Origin: Vicinamibacterales bacterium
GTDB lineage: Bacteria; Acidobacteriota; Vicinamibacteria; Vicinamibacterales; UBA8438
Direction of reading: 5' to 3'
NCBI GenBank assembly: GCA_958296065.1
Contig: CATQHX010000003.1
Coordinates: forward strand, 124,066 to 188,065
DNA: 64,000 nucleotides
The notes under the pieces are model-generated. The model was not told where the DNA came from. It did no database searches and saw only the letters and a program-made list of their open reading frames with translations. Below are positions 35,526-46,508 of the stretch, piece by piece (position 1 is the stretch's first letter; every line of letters begins with the position of its first letter). The position numbers and the translations under genes were made by a program.

Positions 35526-36767
35526 GTTGCGGGTCGGAATCAGCAGTTGCTGCCCGGCCCGGATTGCTGTCCGCCGCCCCATCGAGTTCGCTTCCTGGAT
35601 CGCGCGCACGGTGGTGCCGTAACGCTGGGCGAGACCGATGAGCGTGTCGCCGCGGACCACTCGGTGGGTGACGGTGGTTGCCCGCGGTTGCTCCGAACGC
35701 ACGCGAAGCACGCTGCCCGGCGTCAACTGCTGGTCCCAGAGACCGTTGTCGCGGATGATCCGCCAGGGCGTCGATTCCATCCGGTCGGCCAGCGCCTTGA
35801 GGTCGTCGCCTTCCTGCACGACGTACTCCTCGTGCTCGCCCTCCCACCCGAGCGGCAGGCGCAGCAATTGTCCCGGCGGCAGATCCTGCAGATGCCACAG
35901 GTCGTTCGTCTCGCGCATTGCGTCATGATCGATGTCGAGCAGGAACCCCAGGTGAATGTAGTTGTCACCGAGACGTGTCAAGTACTCGACCCGATCGTCC
36001 CCGGCCGGCGTCAGGAGGCCGGTCCGCGGCTCCAACGGATAGGCGACGAACTGGCCGGTCCGCAGCGGGCGCGTGGACAGGAACGGGTTGTGCATGCGTA
36101 GCGTCGGCACGGAGCGGCCGGTGCGCTGCGAGAGGGACCACCAGTCGTCGCCTTCCTGAACCGCCTCGAGTCCGATGCCCTCCGCGTGCCTCCGCACGGA
36201 GGCCTCGTGCAGCTTGAGCACGTTGCGGTAGGCGCCGACCGACAGGAGGTACTGCAGGGTTTCCAGTGGCGGGCGTCCGCCGCGCGCCCGTCCCGGACCG
36301 CCGTTGTAGGCAGCGACCGCGTAGTCCTCGCGCTCGAACTGGCGGATCATCTGGCTGATGTACTTGATGCCGGCCTCGATGTTGGTGTCGACCTGCAGAC
36401 CGCGAAACGTCGCCGGCATCACCTGGAAGTAACCGTTCGCCCCGGCGACCGACGTCAGGCCGGGGTTGCCTCCCGATTCCTGTATCAGCACCGCGCGGGC
36501 GAGGTCGTAGTCGACGTCGTACCGTTCGGTGTACCCCCGTATCTCGTCCTCGATGGTCATCGCCTTGCGGTACATGCCAAGGAACTGCGGCGAGAAGTCG
36601 TCGAGAGGGAGAAGCAGGGCGGCGTCGTCCGGTGTGATGGCGACGCGTGGCTGGTTGGTACCGCTGCGCGGCGGCTGTGCCTGCGGCGCAACCGTCACCG
36701 CAACGACCAGTCCCAGCATCGCAGGGAGCCGGCTCCAAATGCGCACGCGCCCGAGGGATGTCCGCAT
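35523..36767 (-). CDS. Lytic transglycosylase (SLT domain) with LysM repeats (MltD-like)
   Basis: Signal peptide. VLIQESGGNPGLTSVAGANGYFQVMPATF for SLT. LysM-like YVVQEGDDLKALADRM and HRVVRGDTLIGLAQRYGTTVRAIQEANS. Confidence 0.85.
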   Translation of the reverse strand: MRTSLGRVRIWSRLPAMLGLVVAVTVAPQAQPPRSGTNQPRVAITPDDAALLLPLDDFSPQFLGMYRKAMTIEDEIRGYTERYDVDYDLARAVLIQESGGNPGLTSVAGANGYFQVMPATFRGLQVDTNIEAGIKYISQMIRQFEREDYAVAAYNGGPGRARGGRPPLETLQYLLSVGAYRNVLKLHEASVRRHAEGIGLEAVQEGDDWWSLSQRTGRSVPTLRMHNPFLSTRPLRTGQFVAYPLEPRTGLLTPAGDDRVEYLTRLGDNYIHLGFLLDIDHDAMRETNDLWHLQDLPPGQLLRLPLGWEGEHEEYVVQEGDDLKALADRMESTPWRIIRDNGLWDQQLTPGSVLRVRSEQPRATTVTHRVVRGDTLIGLAQRYGTTVRAIQEANSMGRRTAIRAGQQLLIPTRN

Positions 36768-36876
36768 CGCGTTCGAGAGACATTAAAGCACAAGCCGCCC
36801 TCCCGCCGGCAGCCCCGCGAAAAAGGCGGCTCGGGGCGCTGCCCCGGCAGCGGGTCGGCGCCGTGTCTTGCACACC

Positions 36877-38196
36877 TCAGCGCAGAATGGAACGGTTCAC
36901 GACGGTCTCCAGCAGTTCCTGGCGCCCGGACAGGGGGCTGGGCTCGACGGCGTTGGCGATGACGTGGTCGGACAGATCCGCAAGGGTCGCTCCGTCCAGG
37001 ATTTGCTGCCCCAGCGGGCCGCTCCAGCCGGCGTAGCGGGACTCGACGAAGCCGGCCAGGTCGCCGCGTTCGATCAGAGCCGCCGCGCTCAGCAACCCCT
37101 GCGCCAGCGCATCGAGGCCGCCGATGTGGCCGTGGAACAGGTCGTCGCGAGAGACGCTCTGGCGCCGGAGCTTCGCGTCGAAGTTGAAGCCCCCGGCGCC
37201 GAGGCCGCCGCCGCGCAGGATCTCGTACAGCGCCAGCGTGGTTTCCTCGACGCTGTTGGGGAACTGGTCCGTGTCCCAGCCGTTCTGGGGATCGCCGCGG
37301 TTGGCGTCGACGCTGCCGAACAGGCCGTTGGCGATGGCGTAGGCCAGCTCGTGCTGGAAGCTGTGTCCGGCCAGCGTGGCATGGTTGACCTCGATGTTGA
37401 GCTTGATCGCCCGGTCGAGGTCGTACTTCTGCAGGAACGCGTGCACCGCCGCCGCGTCGTAGTCGTACTGGTGCTTGGTCGGCTCGTGAGGCTTGGGCTC
37501 GATCAGCAGCACGCCGTCGAACCCGATCCGCGCCTTGTGCTCGACCACGAGGCTCATGAAGCGCCCGAGCTGGTCCGCTTCGCGCCGCAGGTCGGTGTTG
37601 AGCAGCGTGTCGTAGCCTTCGCGCCCGCCCCACAGGACGTAGTTGGCCCCGCCCAGCCGGTGGGTCACCTCCAGGCAGTGCTTCACCTGCGCGGCCGCGT
37701 AGGCGAAGACCTCCGGGTCCGGATTGGTGGCCGCGCCGGCCGCGTAGCGGGGGTGGCTGAACAGGTTGGCGGTGCCCCAGAGCAGACGGATCCCGGTGGC
37801 TTCCATACGCGCCGCCATCCGGTCGGCGATGCGCGAGACGTAGTCGTTGCTTTCCGCCAGGGTGGCGCCCTCGGGCGCGATGTCGCGGTCGTGGAAGCAG
37901 AAGAAGGGCACCCCGAGCTTCTCGAAGAATTCGAACGCGGCATCCAGCTTGTGCTCGCAGGCTTCCAGGCTGTCGGTCCCGGTCAGCCACGGCCGGTCCA
38001 GCGTCCCGCCGCCGAACATGTCGATGCCGGGGGCGTTGAACGAGTGCCAGTAGCAGACGGCCGGCCGCAGGTGGTCCTCCATCCGCTTGCCGAGCACCTC
38101 GCGGTCCTTGTCGTAGTAGCGGAACGCGAGCGGGTCGGCGGTGTCCGGCCCTGCGTAGACGATGCGGTCGACGTTGTCGAAGAACGGTGCGCTCAC
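36877..38196 (-). CDS. xylA: Xylose isomerase
   Basis: The GTG start overlaps the xylB stop (GTGA), with AGGAGAGGAG upstream. [62 protein letters not shown]. 439 aa. Confidence 0.92.
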   Translation of the reverse strand: MSAPFFDNVDRIVYAGPDTADPLAFRYYDKDREVLGKRMEDHLRPAVCYWHSFNAPGIDMFGGGTLDRPWLTGTDSLEACEHKLDAAFEFFEKLGVPFFCFHDRDIAPEGATLAESNDYVSRIADRMAARMEATGIRLLWGTANLFSHPRYAAGAATNPDPEVFAYAAAQVKHCLEVTHRLGGANYVLWGGREGYDTLLNTDLRREADQLGRFMSLVVEHKARIGFDGVLLIEPKPHEPTKHQYDYDAAAVHAFLQKYDLDRAIKLNIEVNHATLAGHSFQHELAYAIANGLFGSVDANRGDPQNGWDTDQFPNSVEETTLALYEILRGGGLGAGGFNFDAKLRRQSVSRDDLFHGHIGGLDALAQGLLSAAALIERGDLAGFVESRYAGWSGPLGQQILDGATLADLSDHVIANAVEPSPLSGRQELLETVVNRSILR

Positions 38197-39656
38197 GAGC
38201 TGACTCCTCTCCTGAATTCGTCGCGAAGGGCGGCGTACAGGGCGCGATAGCGCGGCAAGCCTTCCGCGTACGTCGCGCGTAACCGGGCATCGGGCGACAC
38301 GACGTCGGTGGCGGGCGGGGGGGTGGCGACGTCGGACGGCGATTCCCCCGTCACGGCCAGTCGGGCCAGCCGCGCGGCGCCCAGCGCGGGGCCGACCTCG
38401 GCCGCCGTGCGGTAGGTCAGCTCCTGGTCCAGCACGCTCGCGAGAATGCGTCCCCACAGGCCGCTGCGCGATCCGCCGCCGATGACCGCGATCTCCGCCG
38501 GGGCCCCGTCCCGGTCGAAGAGCACGTCACGTGCGTCCGCGAACGCGTAGGCCACGCCTTCCAGCACGGCCCGTCCCAGGGTGGCCGGTGTGGTGTCGTG
38601 GTGCAGACCGAAGAAGACGCCCTTGGCGCTCGCGTCGTTGTGCGGCGTCCGCTCGCCCGAGAGATACGGCAGGAACAGGACGTCGGCCGGCGTGTCCTCG
38701 GCCTCGATGGCGTCGAGCAGGGCCGGAACGTCGCCGAACCCGAGCAGCGGCGCCGCCCATGCCAGGCAGGACGCGGCGCTCAGGATGACGGACATCCGAT
38801 GCCACGTACCCGGCAGGCAGTGGCAGAAGCTGTGCACGGCCCGCTCGGGGTCGGCGCGGTATTCGTCGTCGGCGACGAACAGCACGCCGGAGGTGCCGAG
38901 CGACAGCGACGCCCGCCGGCCGTCGATGACACCGGCCCCGATGGCGCCCGCCGCCTGGTCGCCCGCTCCGCCCGCGACCGGGATGCGGGCCAGGCCCCAG
39001 GCCTCGGCCACCGCGGGCCGCAGGATTCCCGCCGGTTCGCTGCCCTCGACGAGGCCGGGCATCGCCGTACGGGTCAGTCCGCTCGCCGCCAGGATCTCTT
39101 CGCTCCAGTCCCGCCGCGCGACGTCCAGCCACAGCGTGCCGGCGCTGTCGGAGCGGTCGGACAGGTACTCGCCGGTCAGGCGCAGGCGAAGATAGTCCTT
39201 CGGCAGCAGGACCCTGGCGACCCGCGCGAAGATCTCGGGCTCGTGCTCCGCCACCCAGACCAGCTTGGGCGCGGTGAAGCCCGGCATGGCGAGGTTGCCG
39301 GTGATGGCCGGCAGGCGGGGCTCGCGCTCGGTGAGCTGCCGGCAGGCTTTCTCGGAACGCCCGTCGTTCCACAGAATGGCCGGCCGCAGCACCGCGTCGT
39401 CGGCGGCGAGAAGCGTCGCGCCGTGCATCTGGCCCGACAGGCCGATCGCCTCCACGGCGCGGCTGTCGACGTGGCGCAGCACGGCGCGCACCGCCGTGTC
39501 CGTGGACTGCCACCACGCGGCGGGATCCTGCTCGGACCACAGGGGCCTCGGCCGCGAGACGGTCAGCGGAGCGGTGAACGCGGCGCGCACCGCCTGCCCG
39601 CGGTCGACGACGATTGCCTTGACGCCGGACGTGCCGAGATCGATGCCGAGATACAC
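38193..39656 (-). CDS. xylB: Xylulokinase
   Basis: GTG start with AGGTGA RBS gives (M)[21 protein letters not shown]-kinase motifs ..GLSGQMHG.., ..[13 protein letters not shown].., ..[11 protein letters not shown]. 487 aa. Confidence 0.9.
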   Translation of the reverse strand: MYLGIDLGTSGVKAIVVDRGQAVRAAFTAPLTVSRPRPLWSEQDPAAWWQSTDTAVRAVLRHVDSRAVEAIGLSGQMHGATLLAADDAVLRPAILWNDGRSEKACRQLTEREPRLPAITGNLAMPGFTAPKLVWVAEHEPEIFARVARVLLPKDYLRLRLTGEYLSDRSDSAGTLWLDVARRDWSEEILAASGLTRTAMPGLVEGSEPAGILRPAVAEAWGLARIPVAGGAGDQAAGAIGAGVIDGRRASLSLGTSGVLFVADDEYRADPERAVHSFCHCLPGTWHRMSVILSAASCLAWAAPLLGFGDVPALLDAIEAEDTPADVLFLPYLSGERTPHNDASAKGVFFGLHHDTTPATLGRAVLEGVAYAFADARDVLFDRDGAPAEIAVIGGGSRSGLWGRILASVLDQELTYRTAAEVGPALGAARLARLAVTGESPSDVATPPPATDVVSPDARLRATYAEGLPRYRALYAALRDEFRRGVSS

Positions 39657-39855
39657 GATTTCACCTGCCGTTGCACCGTGAGCGCTTCGCCGCCGTCCGT
39701 GGCGAGCATGTAGAGGCGGATGGCGGCGGAGCAGTGTCCGGTCTGCCGTGTTCACGACATCGGCCGCCCGGTTCCATTCCCCCGATCCCCGTCGTCGCGA
39801 AGCTCGGCCGGCTGCCGCCGCCCGCCGCCGCGCCGCCTGCTATTCTGAAAGGTCG

Positions 39856-41625
39856 ATGTCGCCCGCCGCGTCCGCGCTGATTCCCTATCTTCTCCGCTAT
39901 CGGCAGCGGTTCGCCCGCGGGTCGGTGTTTCTCGTTCTGTCCACCGCGATCACGCTGCTGTCGCCCTGGGTGCTGAAGCACGCGGTGGACGACCTGGCGG
40001 CACGCCTGGGTTCGGAGCCGATCGCCGTCGGTGGGCCGTCCATGGCGTTCTTTGCGGCCGTGCTCGTCGGCCTGGCGCTGGCCGGGGGCGCCTGCCGCTT
40101 TCTCATGCGGCGCATCATCATAGGCGCTTCGCGGGAGATCGAGCTCGATCTGCGAAACGACCTCTTCCGTCATCTCCAGCGCCTGCCTCCGGCCTGGTTC
40201 CAGGCCAATCGTACCGGCGACCTCATGTCGCGCGCGACGAACGACCTTTCCGCCGTCCGCATGCTGGCGGGTCCCGCGATCATGTACACGGCCTCGACCT
40301 CGATCACCTTCGTCGTCGCGCTGGTCCTGATGCTGTCGCTGTCGCCGACGCTGACCTTGTTGGCGTTGCTTCCGCTGCCGGTCGTATCGGTCGTCGTCAA
40401 ACGCTTCGGCAGCGCCATCTACGTGCGTTCCGAACGCATCCAGGCACAACTGGCGCACATGAGCGCGGTGGTGCAGGAGGCCCTGGCCGGGGTCCGAGTC
40501 GTCAGGGCCTATCGCCGCGAGGAGGTGGAGACCGAACGGTTCCGCGCCGTCAACGAGGAGTATGTCGCCCGCAGCCGCGCCATGATCCGCCTCCAGGGCG
40601 CGTTCCACCCGACGCTGGCGTTCTTCCTCGGCCTGTCGGCGCTCGTCGTGCTCTGGATCGGCAGCCGCCACGTCATCGACGGCCGCCTGTCCCTCGGCGA
40701 CTTCGTCGCGTTCAACGCCTACGTCGCGATGTTGAGCTGGCCGATGATCGCGTTCGGCTGGGTGACGAACATGCTGCAGCGCGGCCTGGCGGCCTGGCAG
40801 CGGATGCTCGACATCCTGGGGGTCGAGCCGGCGATCCGCGATCCCGACGATCCGGTCGAGCCGTTTCGGGTCCGGGGCGCCGTGGAGTTCCGCAACCTGA
40901 CCTTCGCCTACAACGGGCGGCCGGTGCTCTCGGGGGTGTCGGCGCGGGTGGAGCCGGGGCAGGTGCTGGCCCTGGTGGGACCGACCGGCGCCGGCAAGTC
41001 GACGCTGGTCGATCTGCTGCCGCGGTTGTTCGACCCGCCGCCGGGCACGGTGTTCGTCGACGGAGTCGATGTTCGCGACCTGCCCCTCGATACGCTCCGC
41101 GGCGCCATCGGCTACGTGCCGCAGGAGCCGTTGCTCTTTTCGGAGACGGTCGCCGGCAACGTCGCTTTCGGTGCCCGCGGCGCGGAGCGGCGGGACGGCG
41201 CGGCGGTCGCCGACGCGGTGGCGCTGGCGCAGCTCGACGCCGATGTGGCGGGGTTCCCGCGCGGGCTCGACACCGAGGTCGGCGAACGCGGCATCACGCT
41301 GTCGGGCGGGCAGAAGCAGCGGGCGGCGCTGGCGCGCGCCATCCTTACCGATCCCCGGATCCTGATTCTCGACGACGCGCTGTCGGCGGTCGACACCCAC
41401 ACCGAGGAGGCCATTCTCGCGCGGCTTCGGGCGGTGATGCGGCAGCGCACGACGATTCTCGTCGCCCACCGCATCTCGACCGTGCGCGACGCCGATCTGA
41501 TCCTGGTGCTCGACGACGGCCGGGTCGTGGAGCGAGGCAACCACGCCGAGCTGGTGGCGCTCGACGGTCTCTACGCCGGCCTGCACCACAAGCAACTGCT
41601 GGAGGCGGAGCTGGACGAATCGTAG
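39856..41625 (+). CDS. ABC exporter, fused permease/ATPase (MsbA/MdlA-like), first of a pair
   Basis: Six-TM ABC_membrane region. Walker A GPTGAGKST, LSGGQKQR, ILILDDALSAVD. Start taken at MSPAASAL. Confidence 0.9.
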   Translation: MSPAASALIPYLLRYRQRFARGSVFLVLSTAITLLSPWVLKHAVDDLAARLGSEPIAVGGPSMAFFAAVLVGLALAGGACRFLMRRIIIGASREIELDLRNDLFRHLQRLPPAWFQANRTGDLMSRATNDLSAVRMLAGPAIMYTASTSITFVVALVLMLSLSPTLTLLALLPLPVVSVVVKRFGSAIYVRSERIQAQLAHMSAVVQEALAGVRVVRAYRREEVETERFRAVNEEYVARSRAMIRLQGAFHPTLAFFLGLSALVVLWIGSRHVIDGRLSLGDFVAFNAYVAMLSWPMIAFGWVTNMLQRGLAAWQRMLDILGVEPAIRDPDDPVEPFRVRGAVEFRNLTFAYNGRPVLSGVSARVEPGQVLALVGPTGAGKSTLVDLLPRLFDPPPGTVFVDGVDVRDLPLDTLRGAIGYVPQEPLLFSETVAGNVAFGARGAERRDGAAVADAVALAQLDADVAGFPRGLDTEVGERGITLSGGQKQRAALARAILTDPRILILDDALSAVDTHTEEAILARLRAVMRQRTTILVAHRISTVRDADLILVLDDGRVVERGNHAELVALDGLYAGLHHKQLLEAELDES

Positions 41626-41666
41626 GCCGCGGCGCGGGGACGTCCCGCGAGCCACGACGGAGAGAG

Positions 41667-43565
41667 ATGTCTCTTCACGAACCGGAGGTGCTGGGCAAGG
41701 CGTACGACGCGCGGCTGATGCGGCGCCTGCTCGGCTACCTGCGTCCCCACCGGCGGTCCGTGGGAGTCGCTCTGGCGGCGATCTCGGCCGGTTCGGTGCT
41801 GCAGCTCGCACAGCCCTGGCTGACGAAGGTCGCGATAGACGATCACATCGCGGTGGGCGCTATCGACGGCCTCGATCGCATCGCGCTGGCGTTCCTGCTC
41901 GTACTGGCCGCCTCGTTCGTGCTCGAGTACGTGCAGACGTGGACGATGCAGATGATGGGGCAGCGGATCATGTTCGATCTGCGGATGGAGATCTACGGTC
42001 ATCTGCAGCGTCTGGATCTCCGCTTCTACGATCGCAACCCGGTCGGCCGCCTGATGACCCGCGTCACCTCGGACGTGGATACCCTGAACGAGCTGTTCAC
42101 GTCCGGGGTCGTTACCGTGTTCCGCGACGTTTTCATGCTGGCCGGCATCATGGTCGTCCTGCTGTGGATGGACTGGCGGCTCGCCCTGGTCACCTTCGCC
42201 GTCCTGCCCGCCATCGCCTGGGTGACGCACTGGTTCCGCATGCACGCGCGCGAGTCGTACCGCCGCGTACGGATTCAGATCGCCCGCATCAACGCGTTCC
42301 TGCAGGAGAACATCAGCGGCATGGCGACGGTGCAGATCTTCCGCCGCGAGGTGCGCAATTTCGAGCAGTTCGAGCGGATCAACCGCGCCCACCGCGATGC
42401 CAACGTCGAGTCCATCTTCTACTACGCGACCTTCTACCCCGCCATCGAGGTGCTGGGCGCCGTCGCCACCGCCCTCATCATCTGGTACGGCGGCGGCCGG
42501 GCGGTGCAGAACACGGTCGAGCTGGGGGTGCTGGTGGCGTGCCTGCAGTACTCGCAACGCTTCTTCAAGCCCATCAGCGACCTGTCGGAGAAGTTCAATA
42601 TCCTGCAGTCGGCGATGGCGTCCTCCGAGCGCATCTTCGCGCTGCTGGATACTCCGGTCGAGATAACTTCACCCCCGGGGTCCGTGACGGTGCCCGCTTC
42701 GTCCGCCGGCGCGCTGGAGGCCGTGCCGGCCCGGCTCCCGGCAAGCCGTGGCGGCAGCGGTCGCATCCGGTTCGAGCACGTCTGGTTCGCCTACCGGGAC
42801 GACGAATACGTGCTGCGCGACGTCTCGTTCGATGTCGCCGCCGGTGAACGGGTCGGCGTGGTCGGTGCGACGGGGGCGGGCAAGACCACCCTCATCAACC
42901 TGCTGATGCGCTTCTACGACGTGGACCGGGGGCGGATCACCATCGACGGCGCCGACATTCGGGAGATCCCGCTGCCCGACCTGCGACAGCGCTTCGGACT
43001 GGTGCTGCAGGACGTGTATCTCTTCTCGGGGAGCGTGCGGGACAACATCCGGCTCGGGGACGAAGCGATAGGCGACAGCGACGTGCACGCCGCCGCGCGG
43101 AGCGTCCATGCCGACCGCTTCATCGAGCGCCTGGCCGACGGGATGGACACGGAGGTCGGTGAGCGCGGCGCCAGCCTCTCGGTTGGGCAGCGGCAGTTGT
43201 TGAGCTTCGCTCGCGCGCTCGCCTTCGCTCCCGATGTCCTGCTGCTCGACGAGGCGACGGCGAGCGTCGATACCGATACCGAGCGTGTCATCCAGGATGC
43301 GCTGCACGTGCTGATGGCGGGGCGGACCACCATCGCCATCGCGCACCGCTTGTCGACGGTACAGGACATGGACCAGATCCTGGTGCTTCACAAGGGCGAG
43401 CTGCGCGAGGCGGGTACTCACCAGCAGCTTCTGGCGCGCCGCGGGCTGTACCACACGCTGTATCAGTTGCAGTACAAGGACCAGGAGCGCGGACCGGTAT
43501 CGGGGTTTCCGTCGCCGGAGCCGGGGGTGCTCGAGCCGGCAGTGGCGGACTCGGCGACCGATTGA
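41667..43565 (+). CDS. ABC exporter, fused permease/ATPase (MdlB-like), second of the pair
   Basis: GATGAGKTT, LSVGQRQL, LLLLDEATASVD. The adjacent half-transporter suggests a heterodimer. Confidence 0.9.
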   Translation: MSLHEPEVLGKAYDARLMRRLLGYLRPHRRSVGVALAAISAGSVLQLAQPWLTKVAIDDHIAVGAIDGLDRIALAFLLVLAASFVLEYVQTWTMQMMGQRIMFDLRMEIYGHLQRLDLRFYDRNPVGRLMTRVTSDVDTLNELFTSGVVTVFRDVFMLAGIMVVLLWMDWRLALVTFAVLPAIAWVTHWFRMHARESYRRVRIQIARINAFLQENISGMATVQIFRREVRNFEQFERINRAHRDANVESIFYYATFYPAIEVLGAVATALIIWYGGGRAVQNTVELGVLVACLQYSQRFFKPISDLSEKFNILQSAMASSERIFALLDTPVEITSPPGSVTVPASSAGALEAVPARLPASRGGSGRIRFEHVWFAYRDDEYVLRDVSFDVAAGERVGVVGATGAGKTTLINLLMRFYDVDRGRITIDGADIREIPLPDLRQRFGLVLQDVYLFSGSVRDNIRLGDEAIGDSDVHAAARSVHADRFIERLADGMDTEVGERGASLSVGQRQLLSFARALAFAPDVLLLDEATASVDTDTERVIQDALHVLMAGRTTIAIAHRLSTVQDMDQILVLHKGELREAGTHQQLLARRGLYHTLYQLQYKDQERGPVSGFPSPEPGVLEPAVADSATD

Positions 43566-43583
43566 CGCAAGCTGGCTCCCGGC

Positions 43584-44603
43584 TCAGTCGACGCCAGTGA
43601 AGTGTTCGTACCCGGGGGGGAGCGGCTCGTCTTTCCCACCGCGACGGATCCGCAACCCGGGCTCCTTCGTGACAATTCCGATCGGGGTGATCGGCAGGTC
43701 TCCGATCCGGCGCCGCACGTGCCGCAGGCGTCCGCGGAACGCCGGGGGGCTCGTGAACGCGAGCTCGTAGTCGTCGCCGCCCGCCAGGGACGCGGCCACG
43801 GGGTCGAGGCCGGCCCGTTCGAACCAGGTGCGTGCCTCCGGATGGATCGGCAGCGCTTCGGCGTCGACCTGTACCCCGACGCCGCTCGCGGCCGCGATCC
43901 GGCGGACGGCGTCGCCGAGCCCGTCGCTCAGATCCATGCAGGCGCGGGCAGCCCGGTTGCGGCCCAGCGCAACCCCGAGGGTGACTCGTGCCTCGGGGCG
44001 GCGGTGGTGTCGGCGGCACTCTTCGGGAGGCGGGCCCGCCGGGTGGTCGGCCTGCCGCAGCGAAGCCAGGCCGGCCGCCGCCGCCCCGATGGCGCCGCTG
44101 ACGTAGACGATGTCTTCCGGCCGGGCGCCGTCGCGGCCGAGCACGCGCCGCCGTTTCGCGCTGCCGATGGCGGTCACGCCGATGACGAGCGCCCCGGGGG
44201 CGGCGGTGACGTCGCCGCCGACCAGCGTCGTGCGGTGGCGGGCGGCTTGCGCCAGGAAGGCGTCGATCATCTCGTCGACGTCCGCGACGAGCCAACCTGC
44301 CGGTAGCGACAGGGCGAGCAGGGCGTGCCGGGGTGCGGCGCCCATGGCTGCCAGATCGCTCAGGTTGACGGCGAGCGCCTTGTTGCCGATGTCGGTCGGC
44401 GAACTGTGGGCGAGGTCGAAGTGCACTCCTTCGACCAGCGTGTCGGTGGTCAGAACGGAGAGTGCGCCACGGTCCGGCTCGACGACGGCCGCGTCGTCTC
44501 CGATACCGGTCACCACTCCCTTGCCGTGAGCGGGCACACGCTCCCGGATGCGCTGTATGACGGCGTGCTCGCCGATGTCGCCGACGGTTGGGGAATTGCG
44601 CAC
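43584..44603 (-). CDS. thiL: Thiamine-monophosphate kinase
   Basis: GEHAVIQRIRERV..GIGDDAAVV..TDTLVEGVHFD..IGNKALAVNLSDLAAMGAAP..GGDV. Confidence 0.88.
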   Translation of the reverse strand: MRNSPTVGDIGEHAVIQRIRERVPAHGKGVVTGIGDDAAVVEPDRGALSVLTTDTLVEGVHFDLAHSSPTDIGNKALAVNLSDLAAMGAAPRHALLALSLPAGWLVADVDEMIDAFLAQAARHRTTLVGGDVTAAPGALVIGVTAIGSAKRRRVLGRDGARPEDIVYVSGAIGAAAAGLASLRQADHPAGPPPEECRRHHRRPEARVTLGVALGRNRAARACMDLSDGLGDAVRRIAAASGVGVQVDAEALPIHPEARTWFERAGLDPVAASLAGGDDYELAFTSPPAFRGRLRHVRRRIGDLPITPIGIVTKEPGLRIRRGGKDEPLPPGYEHFTGVD

Positions 44604-44612
44604 GACGGACCG

Positions 44613-46187
44613 CTACCGCGCGTACTCCACCGAGCGGGTCTCGCGGATCACGGTGACCTTGATCTGGCCGGGGTACTGGAGCTCGTTCTCGATGCGCTTG
44701 GCGATGTCCTTCGAGAGCCAGACCGCCTCTTCGTCGGTGATGCGCTCGCTCTCGACCATCACGCGGATCTCGCGGCCGGCCTGCAATGCAAACGACTTCG
44801 AAACACCCTTGAACGAGTCGGCGATGCCTTCGAGGTTCTCGAGGCGCTTGACGTACGACTCGAGAATGTCGCGGCGGGCGCCCGGCCGCGCGGCGGAGAT
44901 GGCGTCGGCTGCCTGTACGAGCATCGATTCCAGCGAGGGCCAGTCGATGTCCATGTGATGGGCGGCCATGGCGTCCACCACCGCGTCCGACTCGCCGTGC
45001 TTGCGCAGGAAGTCGATGCCGATCTGCAGATGGGTGCCCTCGAGCTCGCGGTCCATCGCCTTGCCGACGTCGTGCACGAAGGCGGCGCGGATGGTCGTGT
45101 GCGCGTCGAGGCCGAGCTCGCGTGCCATCACGCCGGCGACGTAGGCGACCTCCTTGGAGTGCGCAAGCACGTTCTGGCCGTAGCTGGTTCGGAATTTCAG
45201 CCGGCCCATCATGCGGGCGATCTCGGAATGCAGGTCATGGATTCCCAGCTCGAACGCTGCTGCTTCGCCCTCCTTGAGGGTAGCCTCGTCAACCTCGGAG
45301 CGCACCTTCTCGACCACTTCCTCGATTCGCGCCGGATGGATGCGGCCGTCGGAGACGAGCTGCTCGATGGCGCGCTTGGCGATCTCCCGGCGGTACGGGT
45401 CGAAGCTCGACAGGATGATGGCGCCGGGGGTGTCGTCGACGATCAGCTCCACGCCGGTAGCGGTCTCCAGGGCCCGGATGTTGCGTCCCTCGCGACCGAT
45501 GATGCGCCCTTTGAGGTCGTCGCTCGGGAGATCGACGACCGAGACCGTCGTCTCTATGGCGTGGTCGGCGGCGCTGCGCTGGATCGCCTGCGTAATGATG
45601 TGCTTCGCCTTGTCGGCGGCGGTTTCCCGCGCCTCGTGCTCCAGCCGCTTGACGAGGTTGGCGGCATCGCGGCGGGCGTCCGATTCGAGCTGGCGGACGA
45701 GCAGTTCCTTCGCTTCGTCCGCGGTCATGCCGGAGACCCGCTGGAGCTCGGCACTCGTCTGCTCGACGAGTTCGCGGCACCGCACTTCCTCGGTCGCGGC
45801 CGCGTTCTCGCGATCCAGGACAGCGTCCTCTCGAGCCCGCAGCTCGCGCGCCGCTCGATCCACACCCGAGCTGCGTTCCGCGAGCGCGCGCTTGCGATCG
45901 TTCAGCTCGCGTTCCAGCGCAGCCAGCTCTTCGCGGCGTTGCCGCGCGTGATTCTCGGTTTCGTGCCGGAGGTTCTGAGCCTGCTCGCGGGTGGAGAGTT
46001 CCGCTTCCTTGCGCCGCGCACCGATCTCTCGCTCGGCGTCCCGCAGCAGGCGTTCCGCCTCGTCGTGTGCGTGGCCGACCGTCTGGGCCGCAATCCTGCG
46101 GCGTGCGGCGAGCCACACACCGAAAATGATCAATCCGACGACGGCGGCCGTGAGGCCGGCGGCGACGACGCTCGGAAAGAGCTGCAT
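44613..46187 (-). CDS. rny: Ribonuclease Y
   Basis: Start at MQLFPSVVAAGL (N-terminal TM). Coiled coil, KH (GRIIGREGRNIRALE) and HD domain (LKFRTSYGQNVLAHSKEV..FVHDVGKA). Confidence 0.92.
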   Translation of the reverse strand: MQLFPSVVAAGLTAAVVGLIIFGVWLAARRRIAAQTVGHAHDEAERLLRDAEREIGARRKEAELSTREQAQNLRHETENHARQRREELAALERELNDRKRALAERSSGVDRAARELRAREDAVLDRENAAATEEVRCRELVEQTSAELQRVSGMTADEAKELLVRQLESDARRDAANLVKRLEHEARETAADKAKHIITQAIQRSAADHAIETTVSVVDLPSDDLKGRIIGREGRNIRALETATGVELIVDDTPGAIILSSFDPYRREIAKRAIEQLVSDGRIHPARIEEVVEKVRSEVDEATLKEGEAAAFELGIHDLHSEIARMMGRLKFRTSYGQNVLAHSKEVAYVAGVMARELGLDAHTTIRAAFVHDVGKAMDRELEGTHLQIGIDFLRKHGESDAVVDAMAAHHMDIDWPSLESMLVQAADAISAARPGARRDILESYVKRLENLEGIADSFKGVSKSFALQAGREIRVMVESERITDEEAVWLSKDIAKRIENELQYPGQIKVTVIRETRSVEYAR

Positions 46188-46508
46188 GCGCGACTCGCAC
46201 GGAGTCGGCGCGGCATGCCGGGCCGCGGGACGCAACCCGAAGAACCCCGCGATTACCGTGTGGGGAGGTCGTATGAACCTGCGCGTGCAGGTGGAACCGC
46301 TATATTCAGACCCCGCCTCTAGGCTTCCTCGGGCCGAGGCGTGCACACAGCGAAGCGTCGCGGTTCACTTCGATACAACAATGGCTCAAACGAGCCTCCA
46401 GACCATCACGCGTACTGCAGGGAATCTCAAAAACCAACATACGTGCCGTGCTCCGTTTCTGCGGGGATCTTAGAACGAAGCCGCAGTGGGGGCAAGGCGC
46501 CGGCCCGT

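Noticed and set aside
36812-36850. GC-rich hairpin (CGGGGC-AGC-GCCCCG) with a T5 run as the xylA terminator.
   Set aside because: The U-tract is separated from the stem by 7 nt and alternative pairings exist, so it is not a convincing intrinsic terminator.
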